64,000 nt of DNA from Alicycliphilus sp. UBA6560 (GCA_002434305.1 DJJU01000001.1:53051-117050), one strand, 5' to 3'; positions 43,951-53,738 are shown, counted from the first letter of the stretch. The notes: generated by a model not told the origin, from the letters alone. Numbers and translations: made by a program.

Positions 43951-45585
43951 ATGCCCGCACCGTTCCTCGCCGAAACCCGGCGGCGCCGCACTTTTGCCAT
44001 CATTTCCCACCCGGACGCGGGCAAGACCACGCTGACGGAAAAGCTGCTGCTGTTTTCCGGCGCCATCCAGATCGCTGGTGCCGTGAAAGGCCGCAAAGCC
44101 AGCCGCCATGCCACGTCCGACTGGATGGAGATTGAGAAGCAGCGCGGCATCTCGGTGGCCTCGTCGGTCATGCAGATGAGCTACCGCAAGCACGTCATCA
44201 ACCTGCTGGACACGCCGGGCCACAAGGACTTCTCGGAAGACACGTACCGCGTGCTGACGGCCGTGGACTCGGCGCTGATGGTGATCGACGCCGCTAACGG
44301 CGTGGAAACCCAAACGCGCCGGCTGATCGAGGTCTGCCGCCAGCGCGACACGCCCATCATCACCTTCGTCAACAAGATGGACCGCGAGGTGCGCGACCCG
44401 CTGGACATCCTGGACGAGGTCGAACGCGAGCTGGGCATGCCCTGCTGCCCCATGACCTGGCCGGTGGGCCAGGGCCGGCAGTTCGGCGGCATCATCGACC
44501 TGCGCACGCGCACCATGACGGTGTTCCAGCCCGGCAGCGAGAAGCGCCCGGAGGACTTTGAGGTCATCTCTTTGAGCGAGGCCGACAAGCTGCGCGCGCG
44601 CTTCGGCCAGACCTTCGACGACGCGCTGGAGAGCATGGAACTGGCCGTGGGCGCATCCGCCGCGTGGAGCCACGAGGAATTCCTGGCGGCCAAGCTCACG
44701 CCGGTGTTCTTCGGCTCGGGCGTGAACAACTTTGGCGTGAAAGAAGTGCTGGACGCGGTGGTGGACATGTCGCCCCCGCCCGGCCCGCGCACCAGCACGC
44801 TGGTCGTGAACAAACAGCCCGTCGAAAAGACCGTGCACCCCGAGGACGAGGGTTTTGCCGGCGTGGTCTTCAAAGTGCAGGCCAACATGGACGCCAACCA
44901 CCGCGACCGCATCGCCTTCGTGCGGGTGGCCTCGGGCAAGTACACGCCCGGCATGAAGATGCGCGTGCAGCGCACGGGCAAGGAGCTGCGCCCCACCAGC
45001 GTCGTCACCTTCATGAGCCAGCGCCGCGAGGCGGTGGAAGAGGCTTATGCGGGCGACATCATCGGCTTTACCACCCACGGCGGCGTGCAGCTGGGCGACA
45101 CCATCACCGACGGCGCGCAGCTGCAGTTCACCGGCCTACCCTTCTTCGCCCCCGAGATGTTCATGACCGTGGTACTGAAGAACCCGCTGCGCACCAAACA
45201 GCTGCAGCAGGGGCTGATGCAGCTGGGAGAAGAAGGCGCCATCCAGGTCTTCAAACCCGAGGCCGGCGGCAACATGCTGCTGGGGGCGGTAGGGCAGTTG
45301 CAGTTTGAGGTGGTGCAGCATCGGTTGAATACCGAGTACGACTGCGATATCCGGCTGGAAGGCTGCCAGTACACGGGCGCCCGCTGGATCACGGCGGATG
45401 CGCAGCAAGAACTGCGTGAGTTTGAAAACGCCTATCCGCTGCGGATGGCGCGGGATGCGGCGGATACGCTGGCTTATCTGTGCACTTCGCCCTATGACGT
45501 GCGGCTGGCGCAGGAGCGGTTTCCGAAGATTCATTTTCATCCGCTGCGGGAGCATGCGGGGTTGGCGTTGCAGGCGGCGGCTTAG
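43951..45585 (+). CDS. prfC: Peptide chain release factor 3
   Basis: RRTFAIISHPDAGKTTLTEKLLLFSGAIQ, DTPGHKDF, NKMD GTPase motifs. 544 aa. Confidence 0.95.
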   Translation: MPAPFLAETRRRRTFAIISHPDAGKTTLTEKLLLFSGAIQIAGAVKGRKASRHATSDWMEIEKQRGISVASSVMQMSYRKHVINLLDTPGHKDFSEDTYRVLTAVDSALMVIDAANGVETQTRRLIEVCRQRDTPIITFVNKMDREVRDPLDILDEVERELGMPCCPMTWPVGQGRQFGGIIDLRTRTMTVFQPGSEKRPEDFEVISLSEADKLRARFGQTFDDALESMELAVGASAAWSHEEFLAAKLTPVFFGSGVNNFGVKEVLDAVVDMSPPPGPRTSTLVVNKQPVEKTVHPEDEGFAGVVFKVQANMDANHRDRIAFVRVASGKYTPGMKMRVQRTGKELRPTSVVTFMSQRREAVEEAYAGDIIGFTTHGGVQLGDTITDGAQLQFTGLPFFAPEMFMTVVLKNPLRTKQLQQGLMQLGEEGAIQVFKPEAGGNMLLGAVGQLQFEVVQHRLNTEYDCDIRLEGCQYTGARWITADAQQELREFENAYPLRMARDAADTLAYLCTSPYDVRLAQERFPKIHFHPLREHAGLALQAAA

Positions 45586-45629
45586 GCCGCGTATTGTCCG
45601 ACCACGACCGGCATCCAAAATATTAGAAC

Positions 45630-48077
45630 ATGCTGCGTATCTTTTTAATATTTTTCCTGTCCATCGGATTCAACGGCATCAATTGGGCAAAAGACGCGCC
45701 TCACGTTTACGCCTTCATTGAAAATATAAATTACGAAACGGGATCAAATCATCTACATATCAATGGCCGATTTACAGCAGGAGACGACAACAAAGCCGGA
45801 ACCACATTCCAGATACAAGCCAAGGACAAGCGTGGAGAAATCGTAAATAAAAATATAAATAGCGAACGCTTCAGCATAGAGGTCAAATTTGAAGATCCAC
45901 TGCCAGGTGGACTTCTCAAAATCAAAGCAAGCGCCGTCTCTCCCGCAGGAGAAAGATTTGACCTCCACCTTGCCGACGGAACCCAGCCCCTCGCCCATAT
46001 ACCAAAGATATACACACGACACTGGGCATTGCTGGGAATTATTCTGACCGCAATCGCACTCACCTATTCAAGGCGAATTCAGCAATCTGGCCTACACCTC
46101 GCCAATTGGACACAACAGCATGTCAAAGGCATAGCTGCCGGAATACTAATTTTCAGCCTCTCGCTAGTTCTCATCGGTATTACGGGGAGTTCTTTTCGCA
46201 TCGCTTTAGAAGGGCCTGTGGCAAAAGCCATCTCCACCGCAAGCGGTAGCGACGCACGAATTTTTAAGCTGCAATCCTCTCGAGGGGATGAGTGGGGAAT
46301 TTTAACGCCCAATATCCTTGCCCAAGTCAACCACACCCCTCCATTTCCAATCATCAATACCAATCTAGGTATCGATGGGCAGAATATGGGCATACTTGGC
46401 ATGACTGGTGCACCCGTTGCACAGTGGGCCGCGATTGCTCGCCCAGCAACATGGGGCTACTTCTTTCTTCCACTTCGTCAAGCCCAATCATGGCAATGGC
46501 AGCTCCCCTTCTGGGGATGTTTGTTGGCCCTATGGTGGCTATTAAATCTCTTCAAACCTCAATCTGCCGGTCGCAATCTTGCACTAGCCACTCTTTTCTG
46601 CATTGCACCTTATGCCGCAGCCTGGTCAAATTGGCCACTCTACTTTACCCTTTTCCCAGTTCTGGCATTTTCCAGCTTTATTAAGCTTCTCGAATCCAAG
46701 AGGATTACACATGCCCTCCTTTGGGGAGCCGGAATAGGATACTCCATTGCAGCCTGGGTATTGACGCTCTATCCCCCATGGATGGTTACCATCGGAACCT
46801 TGTGCGCCCTCCTTTGCATCGGCCTATTATTAGACCGGCGTTCATCACCAGAAATTCAATTCAAGCTGGCGGCAAGCGGTTTAACCTTAGGATTGGTTAT
46901 TGCGACTGTAATTCTGGGGAGTTGGTGGCTCGACACCAGAGATGCTATTGAGCTGACACAGAAGACGGTTTATCCCGGTCAGCGCACCACGCTCACTGGA
47001 GGCACCGGCAGTATTCTCTGGACTTTCCGCGGCTTCACCAACGCCGAAGCTATAACCTTCGGGGGAGATACACCATGGACAAACCAACCGGAGATCAGCT
47101 CATACATTTGGCTTCCATTGGCCATGTTATGGTTATGCGCCTATGGATTGGCACGAGAAAAGAGAAATCGCTGCCTGCTATTAGGCTGCACCATTTTTAT
47201 CGTATATTATTTTGTTTTTACCTTCATAGGAGTTCCCGAGTGGATGGCAAGGCTCACCCTATGGGGGCGGGCGCCAACAAATCGAACTGACGTCTCTCTT
47301 GGGTTGGCATTTATCATTTTACTTTGCCTAACCAGGCGAGAGTGGTTTATTCCCCTGACGCAGGAAAGATCCATCTGGCCGCGTAAAGCAGCGGCAGCCA
47401 TCATCGCCATTGGAAGCTCTTGTTTGGCTTATGCAGTACTAGCCGAAATGCCCGTTTTCATTTTTCCGAAAAATAGCATTGTTTATATTTCTGTTTTCTT
47501 GGTTTTCAGCATTTTCTGCGCCTGGTGGCTAACACATGGGAAAACATCCGGCCCGATAGCTTTACTTCTTATACTCTCACTCGTGGCCACGTTTGGATTC
47601 AACCCAATAGCAAAAGCACCGAAGAAGGTAGAGATGACTCCCGAGGTTAAAATGTTAGCCTCAGATGAGAACGGAAATTTACACAGAATTCTTTTTGTGA
47701 GCGGCGAAGGAATGGGTCCGCACTTATTCGCAGCAGTTGGATTGCCCACTATAAATGGAGTACTTGCATATCCACAGCTTACCTTGTGGAAGAGGCTCCA
47801 ACTTCCAGAGAAGGATTGGCCGATCGTCAATAGGTATCAACATCTTGCATTCACAACCGGAAAACCCGCCAATTACGAAAGCTACTCGGTAAGCTCTCCG
47901 TGGATGGAATGGGTGGTGGTTACAATAGATCCAGAGAAATTTGATTTTAACCTCACAGGGGCGCAAAGGATTACAGCATTCGACGAACAAGCGGAGAACT
48001 TGAGAAAGAGCCCATTATTAAAAGAAATTGGAAAACACAAAGGCTTGGTCTGGTTTTCCGTAACGCCTCCAAGATGA
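45630..48077 (+). CDS. 815-aa polytopic membrane protein, putative GT-C-type (GtrC/ArnT-like) glycosyltransferase, in a low-GC islet
   Basis: N-terminal signal-anchor, a roughly 120-aa hydrophilic beta-rich segment, more than 12 predicted hydrophobic helices, and a soluble C-terminal roughly 150 aa. A/T-rich codons. Genomic context is a flippase-like gene plus a GtrB-like GT2. The family was not recognised by motif. Confidence 0.55.
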   Translation: MLRIFLIFFLSIGFNGINWAKDAPHVYAFIENINYETGSNHLHINGRFTAGDDNKAGTTFQIQAKDKRGEIVNKNINSERFSIEVKFEDPLPGGLLKIKASAVSPAGERFDLHLADGTQPLAHIPKIYTRHWALLGIILTAIALTYSRRIQQSGLHLANWTQQHVKGIAAGILIFSLSLVLIGITGSSFRIALEGPVAKAISTASGSDARIFKLQSSRGDEWGILTPNILAQVNHTPPFPIINTNLGIDGQNMGILGMTGAPVAQWAAIARPATWGYFFLPLRQAQSWQWQLPFWGCLLALWWLLNLFKPQSAGRNLALATLFCIAPYAAAWSNWPLYFTLFPVLAFSSFIKLLESKRITHALLWGAGIGYSIAAWVLTLYPPWMVTIGTLCALLCIGLLLDRRSSPEIQFKLAASGLTLGLVIATVILGSWWLDTRDAIELTQKTVYPGQRTTLTGGTGSILWTFRGFTNAEAITFGGDTPWTNQPEISSYIWLPLAMLWLCAYGLAREKRNRCLLLGCTIFIVYYFVFTFIGVPEWMARLTLWGRAPTNRTDVSLGLAFIILLCLTRREWFIPLTQERSIWPRKAAAAIIAIGSSCLAYAVLAEMPVFIFPKNSIVYISVFLVFSIFCAWWLTHGKTSGPIALLLILSLVATFGFNPIAKAPKKVEMTPEVKMLASDENGNLHRILFVSGEGMGPHLFAAVGLPTINGVLAYPQLTLWKRLQLPEKDWPIVNRYQHLAFTTGKPANYESYSVSSPWMEWVVVTIDPEKFDFNLTGAQRITAFDEQAENLRKSPLLKEIGKHKGLVWFSVTPPR

Positions 48078-48093
48078 AATATACAGATTGACC

Positions 48094-48441
48094 ATGAATT
48101 TTTCCCTCACTCTGTACACTTTGCTTTGTGTAATTGGAATTTCTATTGGCCAGCTTTTTTTCAAGAAGGCTGCCACTGCCCTACCTCCTGAATTTTCTGT
48201 GCCTTTATTGATCCAGAACGGCTGGCTCATTGCAGCTCTTATTCTCTACGGCATAACTACACTCGGCTGGGTATGGATTCTTCGCCAGGCACCTCTACAT
48301 TTGGCCTATCCATTTATGGGCCTAGCTTTTCTGATCGTTCCTGTTCTGGCCTGGTACTTCTTGAGCGAACCACTGCATTGGCGCACCCTCGCTGGCGGAG
48401 CCCTGATCATGGCCGGCGTTGCGCTGGCCTCTACAAGCTGA
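48094..48441 (+). CDS. Small 4-TM EamA/SMR-like protein (ArnE/ArnF- or GtrA-analogous flippase candidate)
   Basis: MNFSLTLYTLLCVIGISIGQLFFKKAA...LHLAYPFMGLAFLIVPVLAWYFLSEPL...GGALIMAGVAL. ATG 48094 preferred over TTG 48088. Confidence 0.6.
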   Translation: MNFSLTLYTLLCVIGISIGQLFFKKAATALPPEFSVPLLIQNGWLIAALILYGITTLGWVWILRQAPLHLAYPFMGLAFLIVPVLAWYFLSEPLHWRTLAGGALIMAGVALASTS

Positions 48442-48452
48442 GGAGTTGATTT

Positions 48453-49421
48453 GTGCGCATCGCCGTCGCCATCCCCTGCTACAAAGTGACCCAGCATGTG
48501 CTGGGCGTGATCGGTGCCATCGGCCCCGAGGTACACGCCATCTACGCCGTCGACGACGCCTGCCCCGCTGGCAGTGGCCGCTTCGTCGAAGAGCACAACC
48601 GTGACCCTCGAGTGCGCGTTCTCTACAACCCGGAAAACCGCGGTGTGGGCGGCGCCATCGTCACGGCCTACAAGGCGGCCATGGCTGACGGCATGGACAT
48701 CGTGGTCAAAGTCGATGGTGACGGCCAGATGGACCCAGCGCTGTTGCCTTTGTTTGTGCGCCCGCTGCTGCGCGGGCAGGCCGACTACACCAAGGGCAAC
48801 CGCTTCTATCGTCCCGAATCGGTGCAGGGCATGCCCCCGGTGCGGCTCTTCGGCAACGCCGTGCTGTCATTTCTGACCAAGCTCAGCTGCGGCTACTGGA
48901 ACGTGATGGACCCGACCAACGGCTACACGGCCGTGCGCACTTGCGTGCTGGCCGAGCTGCCGCTGGACAAGCTCGAGCGCCGCTATTTCTTCGAGACCGA
49001 CATGCTGTTTCGCCTGAATACGGTGCGGGCCGTGGTGCGTGATGTACCCATGGACGCGGTCTACGCGGATGAAGAATCCAACTTGAAGGTCAGCCGCGTG
49101 CTGCCCGAATTTCTGCGCAAGCACCTGTCGCGGCTCGGAAGGCGCTATGTGTACAACTACCTCGTGCGCGACTTCAACGTGGGCACGCTGTACAGCCTTT
49201 TTGCGGTTGTGCTGCTGCTGGTGGGCGCGGCCTTTGGCGGCTGGCACTGGTTCGTCAGCAGCAGCACCAACCACCCCGCCACCAGCGGCACCGTGATGCT
49301 CGCGGCCTTGCCGGTGCTCATCGGCATCCAGTGCCTGATCGCGTTCTTGCACTACGACGTGAGCAACGTCCCCACCGAGCCGGTCAGCCTGACGCTGGCT
49401 GACCTGCCCCTTCGTCCTTGA
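48453..49421 (+). CDS. GT2 polyprenyl-phosphate glycosyltransferase (GtrB/ArnC/DPM1-like) with two C-terminal TM helices
   Basis: IAVAIPCYKVTQHV...YAVDDACPAGS...VVKVDGDGQMDP...DPTNGY, plus C-terminal helices LYSLFAVVLLLVGAAFGGW and VMLAALPVLIGIQCLIAF. GTG 48453 has AGGAG 7 nt upstream. Confidence 0.8.
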   Translation: MRIAVAIPCYKVTQHVLGVIGAIGPEVHAIYAVDDACPAGSGRFVEEHNRDPRVRVLYNPENRGVGGAIVTAYKAAMADGMDIVVKVDGDGQMDPALLPLFVRPLLRGQADYTKGNRFYRPESVQGMPPVRLFGNAVLSFLTKLSCGYWNVMDPTNGYTAVRTCVLAELPLDKLERRYFFETDMLFRLNTVRAVVRDVPMDAVYADEESNLKVSRVLPEFLRKHLSRLGRRYVYNYLVRDFNVGTLYSLFAVVLLLVGAAFGGWHWFVSSSTNHPATSGTVMLAALPVLIGIQCLIAFLHYDVSNVPTEPVSLTLADLPLRP

Positions 49422-49455
49422 ATTGCGGCTGCTGACGCGGCGCCCTCCTTCTCGC

Positions 49456-50250
49456 ATGCTTTCCCTGACCCAGTGGCCTCCAGAGGCCCGCAGCCCCATT
49501 GCCGGCGTCTTCACCGACATCGACGACACCCTCACCACCGACGGCGCCATCACGCCCGACGCCCTGCAGGCCCTGGCCGATCTGAAGGCTGCCGGCCTGT
49601 CGGTCGTGGCCATCACCGGCCGGCCCGTGGGCTGGAGCGAGCCCTTCGCGCTCGCCTGGCCGGTGGACGCCATCGTGGCCGAAAACGGCGCCGTGGCGCT
49701 CAAGCGCAATGCTTCGGGTAGCCTGGACAAGCTGTACCAGCAGGACGCCTCCACGCGCGCCACCAACTTCGCGCGCATGCAGCAGGTGCTGGCGCACATC
49801 GAGGCGACCATCCCCGGCGCGCGCCGCGCCACCGACTCCGCCGGACGCGAGACCGACATCGCCATCGACCACAGCGAGTTCACGCAGCTGTCGGATGCGC
49901 AGATCGACAAGGTGGTGCTAGCCATGCGCCACGAGGGCATGCACGCCACCGTGAGCAGCATCCACGTCAACGGCTGGTATGGCGAGCACAACAAGCTGGA
50001 AGGCGCGCGCTGGATCGTGCGCCAGCTCTGGGGCCGCGAGCTGGACACCGAAATGGACCGCTGGGTCTACGTGGGCGACTCGACCAACGACGCGCTGATG
50101 TTCCACGCCTTCGACAGCAGCGTGGGTGTGGCCAACGTGGCGCGCTTCGTGCCGCACCTGACGCACCTGCCGCGCTATGTGACGCAGGGCGAGCGCGGTG
50201 CAGGGTTTGCCGAAGTGGCGCGCGCCGTTTTAAGCCAAAAAGGCCGCTAG
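49456..50250 (+). CDS. HAD-IIB family sugar-phosphate phosphatase
   Basis: IAGVFTDIDDTLTTDG (DxD nucleophile motif), AITGRP, YVGDSTNDALMF. ATG 49456 preferred over TTG 49423. Confidence 0.75.
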   Translation: MLSLTQWPPEARSPIAGVFTDIDDTLTTDGAITPDALQALADLKAAGLSVVAITGRPVGWSEPFALAWPVDAIVAENGAVALKRNASGSLDKLYQQDASTRATNFARMQQVLAHIEATIPGARRATDSAGRETDIAIDHSEFTQLSDAQIDKVVLAMRHEGMHATVSSIHVNGWYGEHNKLEGARWIVRQLWGRELDTEMDRWVYVGDSTNDALMFHAFDSSVGVANVARFVPHLTHLPRYVTQGERGAGFAEVARAVLSQKGR

Positions 50251-50290
50251 CGCTTTCTGTACAAGCGCGAGCAGCTATACAACTAATAGC
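50246..50290. repeat. Copy of the intergenic repeat family (reverse orientation), between convergent genes
   Basis: The reverse complement gctattagttgtatagctgctcgcgcttgtacagaaagcgctagc contains ATAGCTGCTCGCGCTTG...AAGCGCT. Confidence 0.6.
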
Positions 50291-50299
50291 AAACCACCG

Positions 50300-51262
50300 T
50301 CACGAGCCGCGCGCCAGGCCCAGCTTGTCGATCAGCGCCTTCTCGCGCGCGAAGGTCTCGCGGGCAAAACGTTCGTACTGGGCCGGGCCCATGTAGATGG
50401 GCAGCATGTCGTAGCGCGCCAGGGCGCTGCGGTAGCTCTCGTGGTCCATGGCCTCCTTGAAGGCCGCGTGCAGGCGCTGCACCACCGCGTCGGGCGTGCC
50501 GCGCGGTGCGCCGATGCCGAACGGCGAGTTCTGCACCACGTCCAGGCCCAGTTCGCGCAGCGTGGGCGCGTCGGGGAACTTGGCCAGGCGCTGCTCGCCC
50601 CAGGTGTTGAGCACGCGCAGCTTGCCGGCCTCCACCTGCGGCGCAAAACCGGTGGAGTCGGCCGCGGCCATCACCTGGCCCGACAGGATGGACTGCATCA
50701 GGTCGGCGCTGCCCTTGTAGGGCACGTGCAGCAGCTCGATGCCCAGCTGCTGCGCCACCAGCTCCATGGTCAGGTGCGGACTGGTCAAGGTGCCGGTGGA
50801 GCCGTAGCTGAGCTTGCCCGGGTTGGCCTTGGCCCAGGCGACGAAGTGCGTCCAGGTCTTCAGGGGCGAGTCCGCCGGCACCACCACGCCGAAGGCGTAG
50901 CCGGTGACGTTGATGACGTAGCGGATGTCTTGCACCGGATCCCAGTTGATCTTGGTGGTGTAGGGCAGGCGGAACACGCCCAGCGGGATCTGGGCGACGG
51001 TATAGCCGTCGGGCGCGGCGCTTTGCAGCGCCTGCGCGGGCAGCGTACCGCCGGCGCCCGGCTTGTTCTCCACGACCACCGGCTGGCCCAGCACCCGGCC
51101 GGCCTGGTCGGCCAGCACGCGCATGGTGATGTCGGTCGGCCCGCCCGCAGGAAAGGCGACGAGCAGCCGGATGGGCTTGGACGGGAAAGCCTGGGAATTG
51201 GCGGTGAAGGCCGGGGCGGCCAGTGCGGCCGCGCCCCACTGCATGAGTTGACGACGCTGCAT
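50300..51262 (-). CDS. Bug/TctC-family tripartite tricarboxylate transporter substrate-binding protein
   Basis: Signal peptide, then FPSKPIRLLVAFPAGGPTDITMRVLA...ENKPGAGGTL...YGSTG...HVPYKG are typical Bug-family motifs. Confidence 0.85.
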   Translation of the reverse strand: MQRRQLMQWGAAALAAPAFTANSQAFPSKPIRLLVAFPAGGPTDITMRVLADQAGRVLGQPVVVENKPGAGGTLPAQALQSAAPDGYTVAQIPLGVFRLPYTTKINWDPVQDIRYVINVTGYAFGVVVPADSPLKTWTHFVAWAKANPGKLSYGSTGTLTSPHLTMELVAQQLGIELLHVPYKGSADLMQSILSGQVMAAADSTGFAPQVEAGKLRVLNTWGEQRLAKFPDAPTLRELGLDVVQNSPFGIGAPRGTPDAVVQRLHAAFKEAMDHESYRSALARYDMLPIYMGPAQYERFARETFAREKALIDKLGLARGS

Positions 51263-51435
51263 GGATGTTGGACCTTTCTCAAAACGAAGGACGGACGGAT
51301 GCAGCGCGCATTGCAGCGCCTGACAGCCCCGCGGCGGCGCATGAAAACCCTGAGGCGCTGTCGCGCAGGCGAAACGACGGCTGCAGCTGCGGCCCGTTTT
51401 TCAAGCAAAAAGCGGCTCCAGCACGCATCCCATCT

Positions 51436-51460
51436 GCGCTGGCAGCTATTAAAAAATGAG
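51436..51460. repeat. Partial copy of the intergenic repeat family (reverse orientation)
   Basis: The reverse complement gctcattttttaatagctgccagcgc. Confidence 0.45.
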
Positions 51461-51461
51461 C

Positions 51462-51486
51462 AAAAGAAAAGGCGCCCGAAGGCGCC
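51462..51486 (-). terminator. Intrinsic terminator after the ABC ATPase gene
   Basis: The minus strand has GGCGCC-ttcg-GGCGCC followed by ttttctttt. Confidence 0.7.
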
Positions 51487-51540
51487 TGTAGGCCTGACGT
51501 GCAGATGGCACCTTGGCCATCTGCGCAGTCAGCTCGTTCA

Positions 51541-52278
51541 TCAATGCTGCAGGATCTTGTTCAGGAAATCCTTGGTACGCGGCTGGCGCGCCTCGGGATG
51601 ACCGAAGAAGTCGTCCCGGGTGCAGTCCTCGAGGATCTTGCCCCCCACATCCATGAAGATCACACGGTTGCTGACCTTCTTGGCGAAGCCCATTTCGTGC
51701 GTCACGCACATCATGGTCATGCCCTCGTGGGCCAAGCCGATCATGACGTCCAGCACCTCGCCCACCATTTCCGGGTCCAGCGCTGAAGTCGGTTCGTCGA
51801 ACAGCATGACGATGGGGTCCATCGACAGCGCCCGGGCAATCGCCACGCGCTGCTGCTGGCCGCCCGACAGCTGGCCGGGAAACTTGTCCTTGTGCGCCGT
51901 CAGGCCCACGCGCTCCAGCATTTTCAGGCCGCGTGCCTTGGCGTCCGTGGGATTGCGGCCCAGCACCTTGATCTGGGCGATCGTCAGATTCTCCGTCACC
52001 GACAGGTGCGGGAACAGCTCGAAGTGCTGAAACACCATGCCCACGCGCGAGCGCAGCTTGGGCAGGTTGGTCTTGGGGTCGTGGATGGCCGTGCCGTCCA
52101 CGTAGATCTCGCCCTTCTGGATGGGCTCCAGCGCGTTGATGGTCTTGATCAGCGTGGACTTGCCCGAGCCCGACGGACCGCAGACCACCACCACCTCGCC
52201 CTTCTGGATGTTGGTGGAGCAGTCGCTCAGCACCTGGAAGGAGCCGTACCACTTGGAGACGTTTTTCAGTTCGATCAT
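51541..52278 (-). CDS. gltL: Polar amino-acid (Glu/Asp-type) ABC transporter ATP-binding protein
   Basis: Walker [10 protein letters not shown], signature [15 protein letters not shown], Walker [12 protein letters not shown]. Confidence 0.85.
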   Translation of the reverse strand: MIELKNVSKWYGSFQVLSDCSTNIQKGEVVVVCGPSGSGKSTLIKTINALEPIQKGEIYVDGTAIHDPKTNLPKLRSRVGMVFQHFELFPHLSVTENLTIAQIKVLGRNPTDAKARGLKMLERVGLTAHKDKFPGQLSGGQQQRVAIARALSMDPIVMLFDEPTSALDPEMVGEVLDVMIGLAHEGMTMMCVTHEMGFAKKVSNRVIFMDVGGKILEDCTRDDFFGHPEARQPRTKDFLNKILQH

Positions 52279-52308
52279 TGCGATGATTCCTCTGCCAGCC
52301 GTGCCGCG

Positions 52309-52983
52309 TCAGCGGATGATGGCGATCTTCTTGTGCAGGCGCTTGACCAGCCACGACAGCGCATAGCACAGCACGAAATAGACGACGGCGGCGGCCAGAT
52401 AGGCCTCGATGGGACGGCCGTAGTTCTTGCCCGCGATCTCGAAGCCCTTGAGCATGTCGTAGGCGCCGATGGCGTAGACCAGCGAGGTGTCCTGGAACAG
52501 GATGATGGTCTGCGTCAGCAGCACCGGCAGCATGTTGCGGAAGGCCTGCGGCAGCACCACCAGCTTCATGTTCTGGCCATAGGTCATGCCCAGGGCCTGG
52601 CCGGCGAAGACCTGTCCGCGCGGAATGGACTGGATGCCCGCACGCATGATCTCGCTGAAGTACGCGGCCTCGAAGGCGACGAAGGTGATGATGGCCGAGA
52701 CCTCGGCGCCGATGGGCCGGCCGATGATCATGGGTACCAGCAGAAAGAACCACAGGATCACCATCACCAGCGGGATGGAGCGCATGCCGTTCACGTAGAT
52801 GGTGGCGGGCAGGTCCAGCCACTTCTTGCCCGAAAGGCGCATCAGGGCCAGCACGGTGCCCAGGGCCACGCCTCCCAGGGTGGCGATCACCGTCAGCGTC
52901 ACGCTGAAGTACAAGCCCTTCAGCACGAAGTTGGAAACCAGGTCCCAGGTGAAGAACGACCAGTCGATGTTGAGATTCACCAT
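52309..52983 (-). CDS. gltK: Polar amino-acid ABC transporter permease
   Basis: YVNGMRSIPLVMVILWFF...FEAAYFSEIMRAGIQSIPRGQ...A.ALGM contains the EAA loop. ORF trimmed to ATG 52983. Confidence 0.8.
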   Translation of the reverse strand: MVNLNIDWSFFTWDLVSNFVLKGLYFSVTLTVIATLGGVALGTVLALMRLSGKKWLDLPATIYVNGMRSIPLVMVILWFFLLVPMIIGRPIGAEVSAIITFVAFEAAYFSEIMRAGIQSIPRGQVFAGQALGMTYGQNMKLVVLPQAFRNMLPVLLTQTIILFQDTSLVYAIGAYDMLKGFEIAGKNYGRPIEAYLAAAVVYFVLCYALSWLVKRLHKKIAIIR

Positions 52984-52985
52984 GC

Positions 52986-53738
52986 TCAGTGCCCTCCCCC
53001 GCCGGCGGCGATCAGGCCGGGCACGCGTGAGCGCTTCTCGATGAAGGCCATGATGCGGTTGATGGCGAAGGCCGAGATGACGTACAGGGCCGTGACGGCC
53101 AGGTAGACCTCCACGCCACGCGAGGTCTCTTCCTGCGCCTGCATGGCGAACATGGTCAGCTCGGCGACCGAGACAGCAAAGGCCACGGACGAGTTCTTGA
53201 ACACGTTCATGGTCTCGCTGGTCAGCGGCGGGATGATGATGCGAAACGCCATGGGCAGCAGCACGTAGCGATAGGTCTGGAACGTGGAAAAGCCCATGGC
53301 CATGCCGGCGTAGCGCTGGCCGCGCGGCAACGCCTGGATGCCCGAGCGCACCTGCTCGGCGATGCGCGCCGAGGTGAAGAAGCCCAGGGCGAAGACCACC
53401 AGCACGAAGCCTGGCAGCGACTTCATCGCCGGGAAGATCGCGGGCACCACGTGGTACCACACGAAGATGTGCACCAGCAGCGGAATGTTGCGGAACAGCT
53501 CGACCCAGGCATTGCCCAGGCGCACGACCCAGGGCCGGCCTTCCAGCGTGCGCAACGTGCCAACGACCGCGCCCACGACCAGGGCGATGAGCAGCGATAG
53601 CAGCGACACGGACACCGTCCAGCCCCAGGCCGACAGCATCCAGTCCAGGTAGGTCACGTCGCCGCCTTTGCCGAAGCAGCTCGTACCGACCTCCATGGTG
53701 ATGGTGTCCTGGCAGAACACCTGCCATTCCCAATTCAT
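52986..53738 (-). CDS. gltJ: Polar amino-acid ABC transporter permease
   Basis: ELFRNIPLLVHIFVWY...FFTSARIAEQVRSGIQALPRGQRYAGMAMGF contains the EAA loop. Confidence 0.8.
   Translation of the reverse strand: MNWEWQVFCQDTITMEVGTSCFGKGGDVTYLDWMLSAWGWTVSVSLLSLLIALVVGAVVGTLRTLEGRPWVVRLGNAWVELFRNIPLLVHIFVWYHVVPAIFPAMKSLPGFVLVVFALGFFTSARIAEQVRSGIQALPRGQRYAGMAMGFSTFQTYRYVLLPMAFRIIIPPLTSETMNVFKNSSVAFAVSVAELTMFAMQAQEETSRGVEVYLAVTALYVISAFAINRIMAFIEKRSRVPGLIAAGGGGH

Noticed and set aside
45630-48441. Low-GC islet as a transposon or IS element
   Set aside because: I found no transposase or integrase, terminal inverted repeats or target-site duplications by eye. The content is two membrane-protein genes. 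I kept it as a horizontally acquired cassette without calling it a mobile element.
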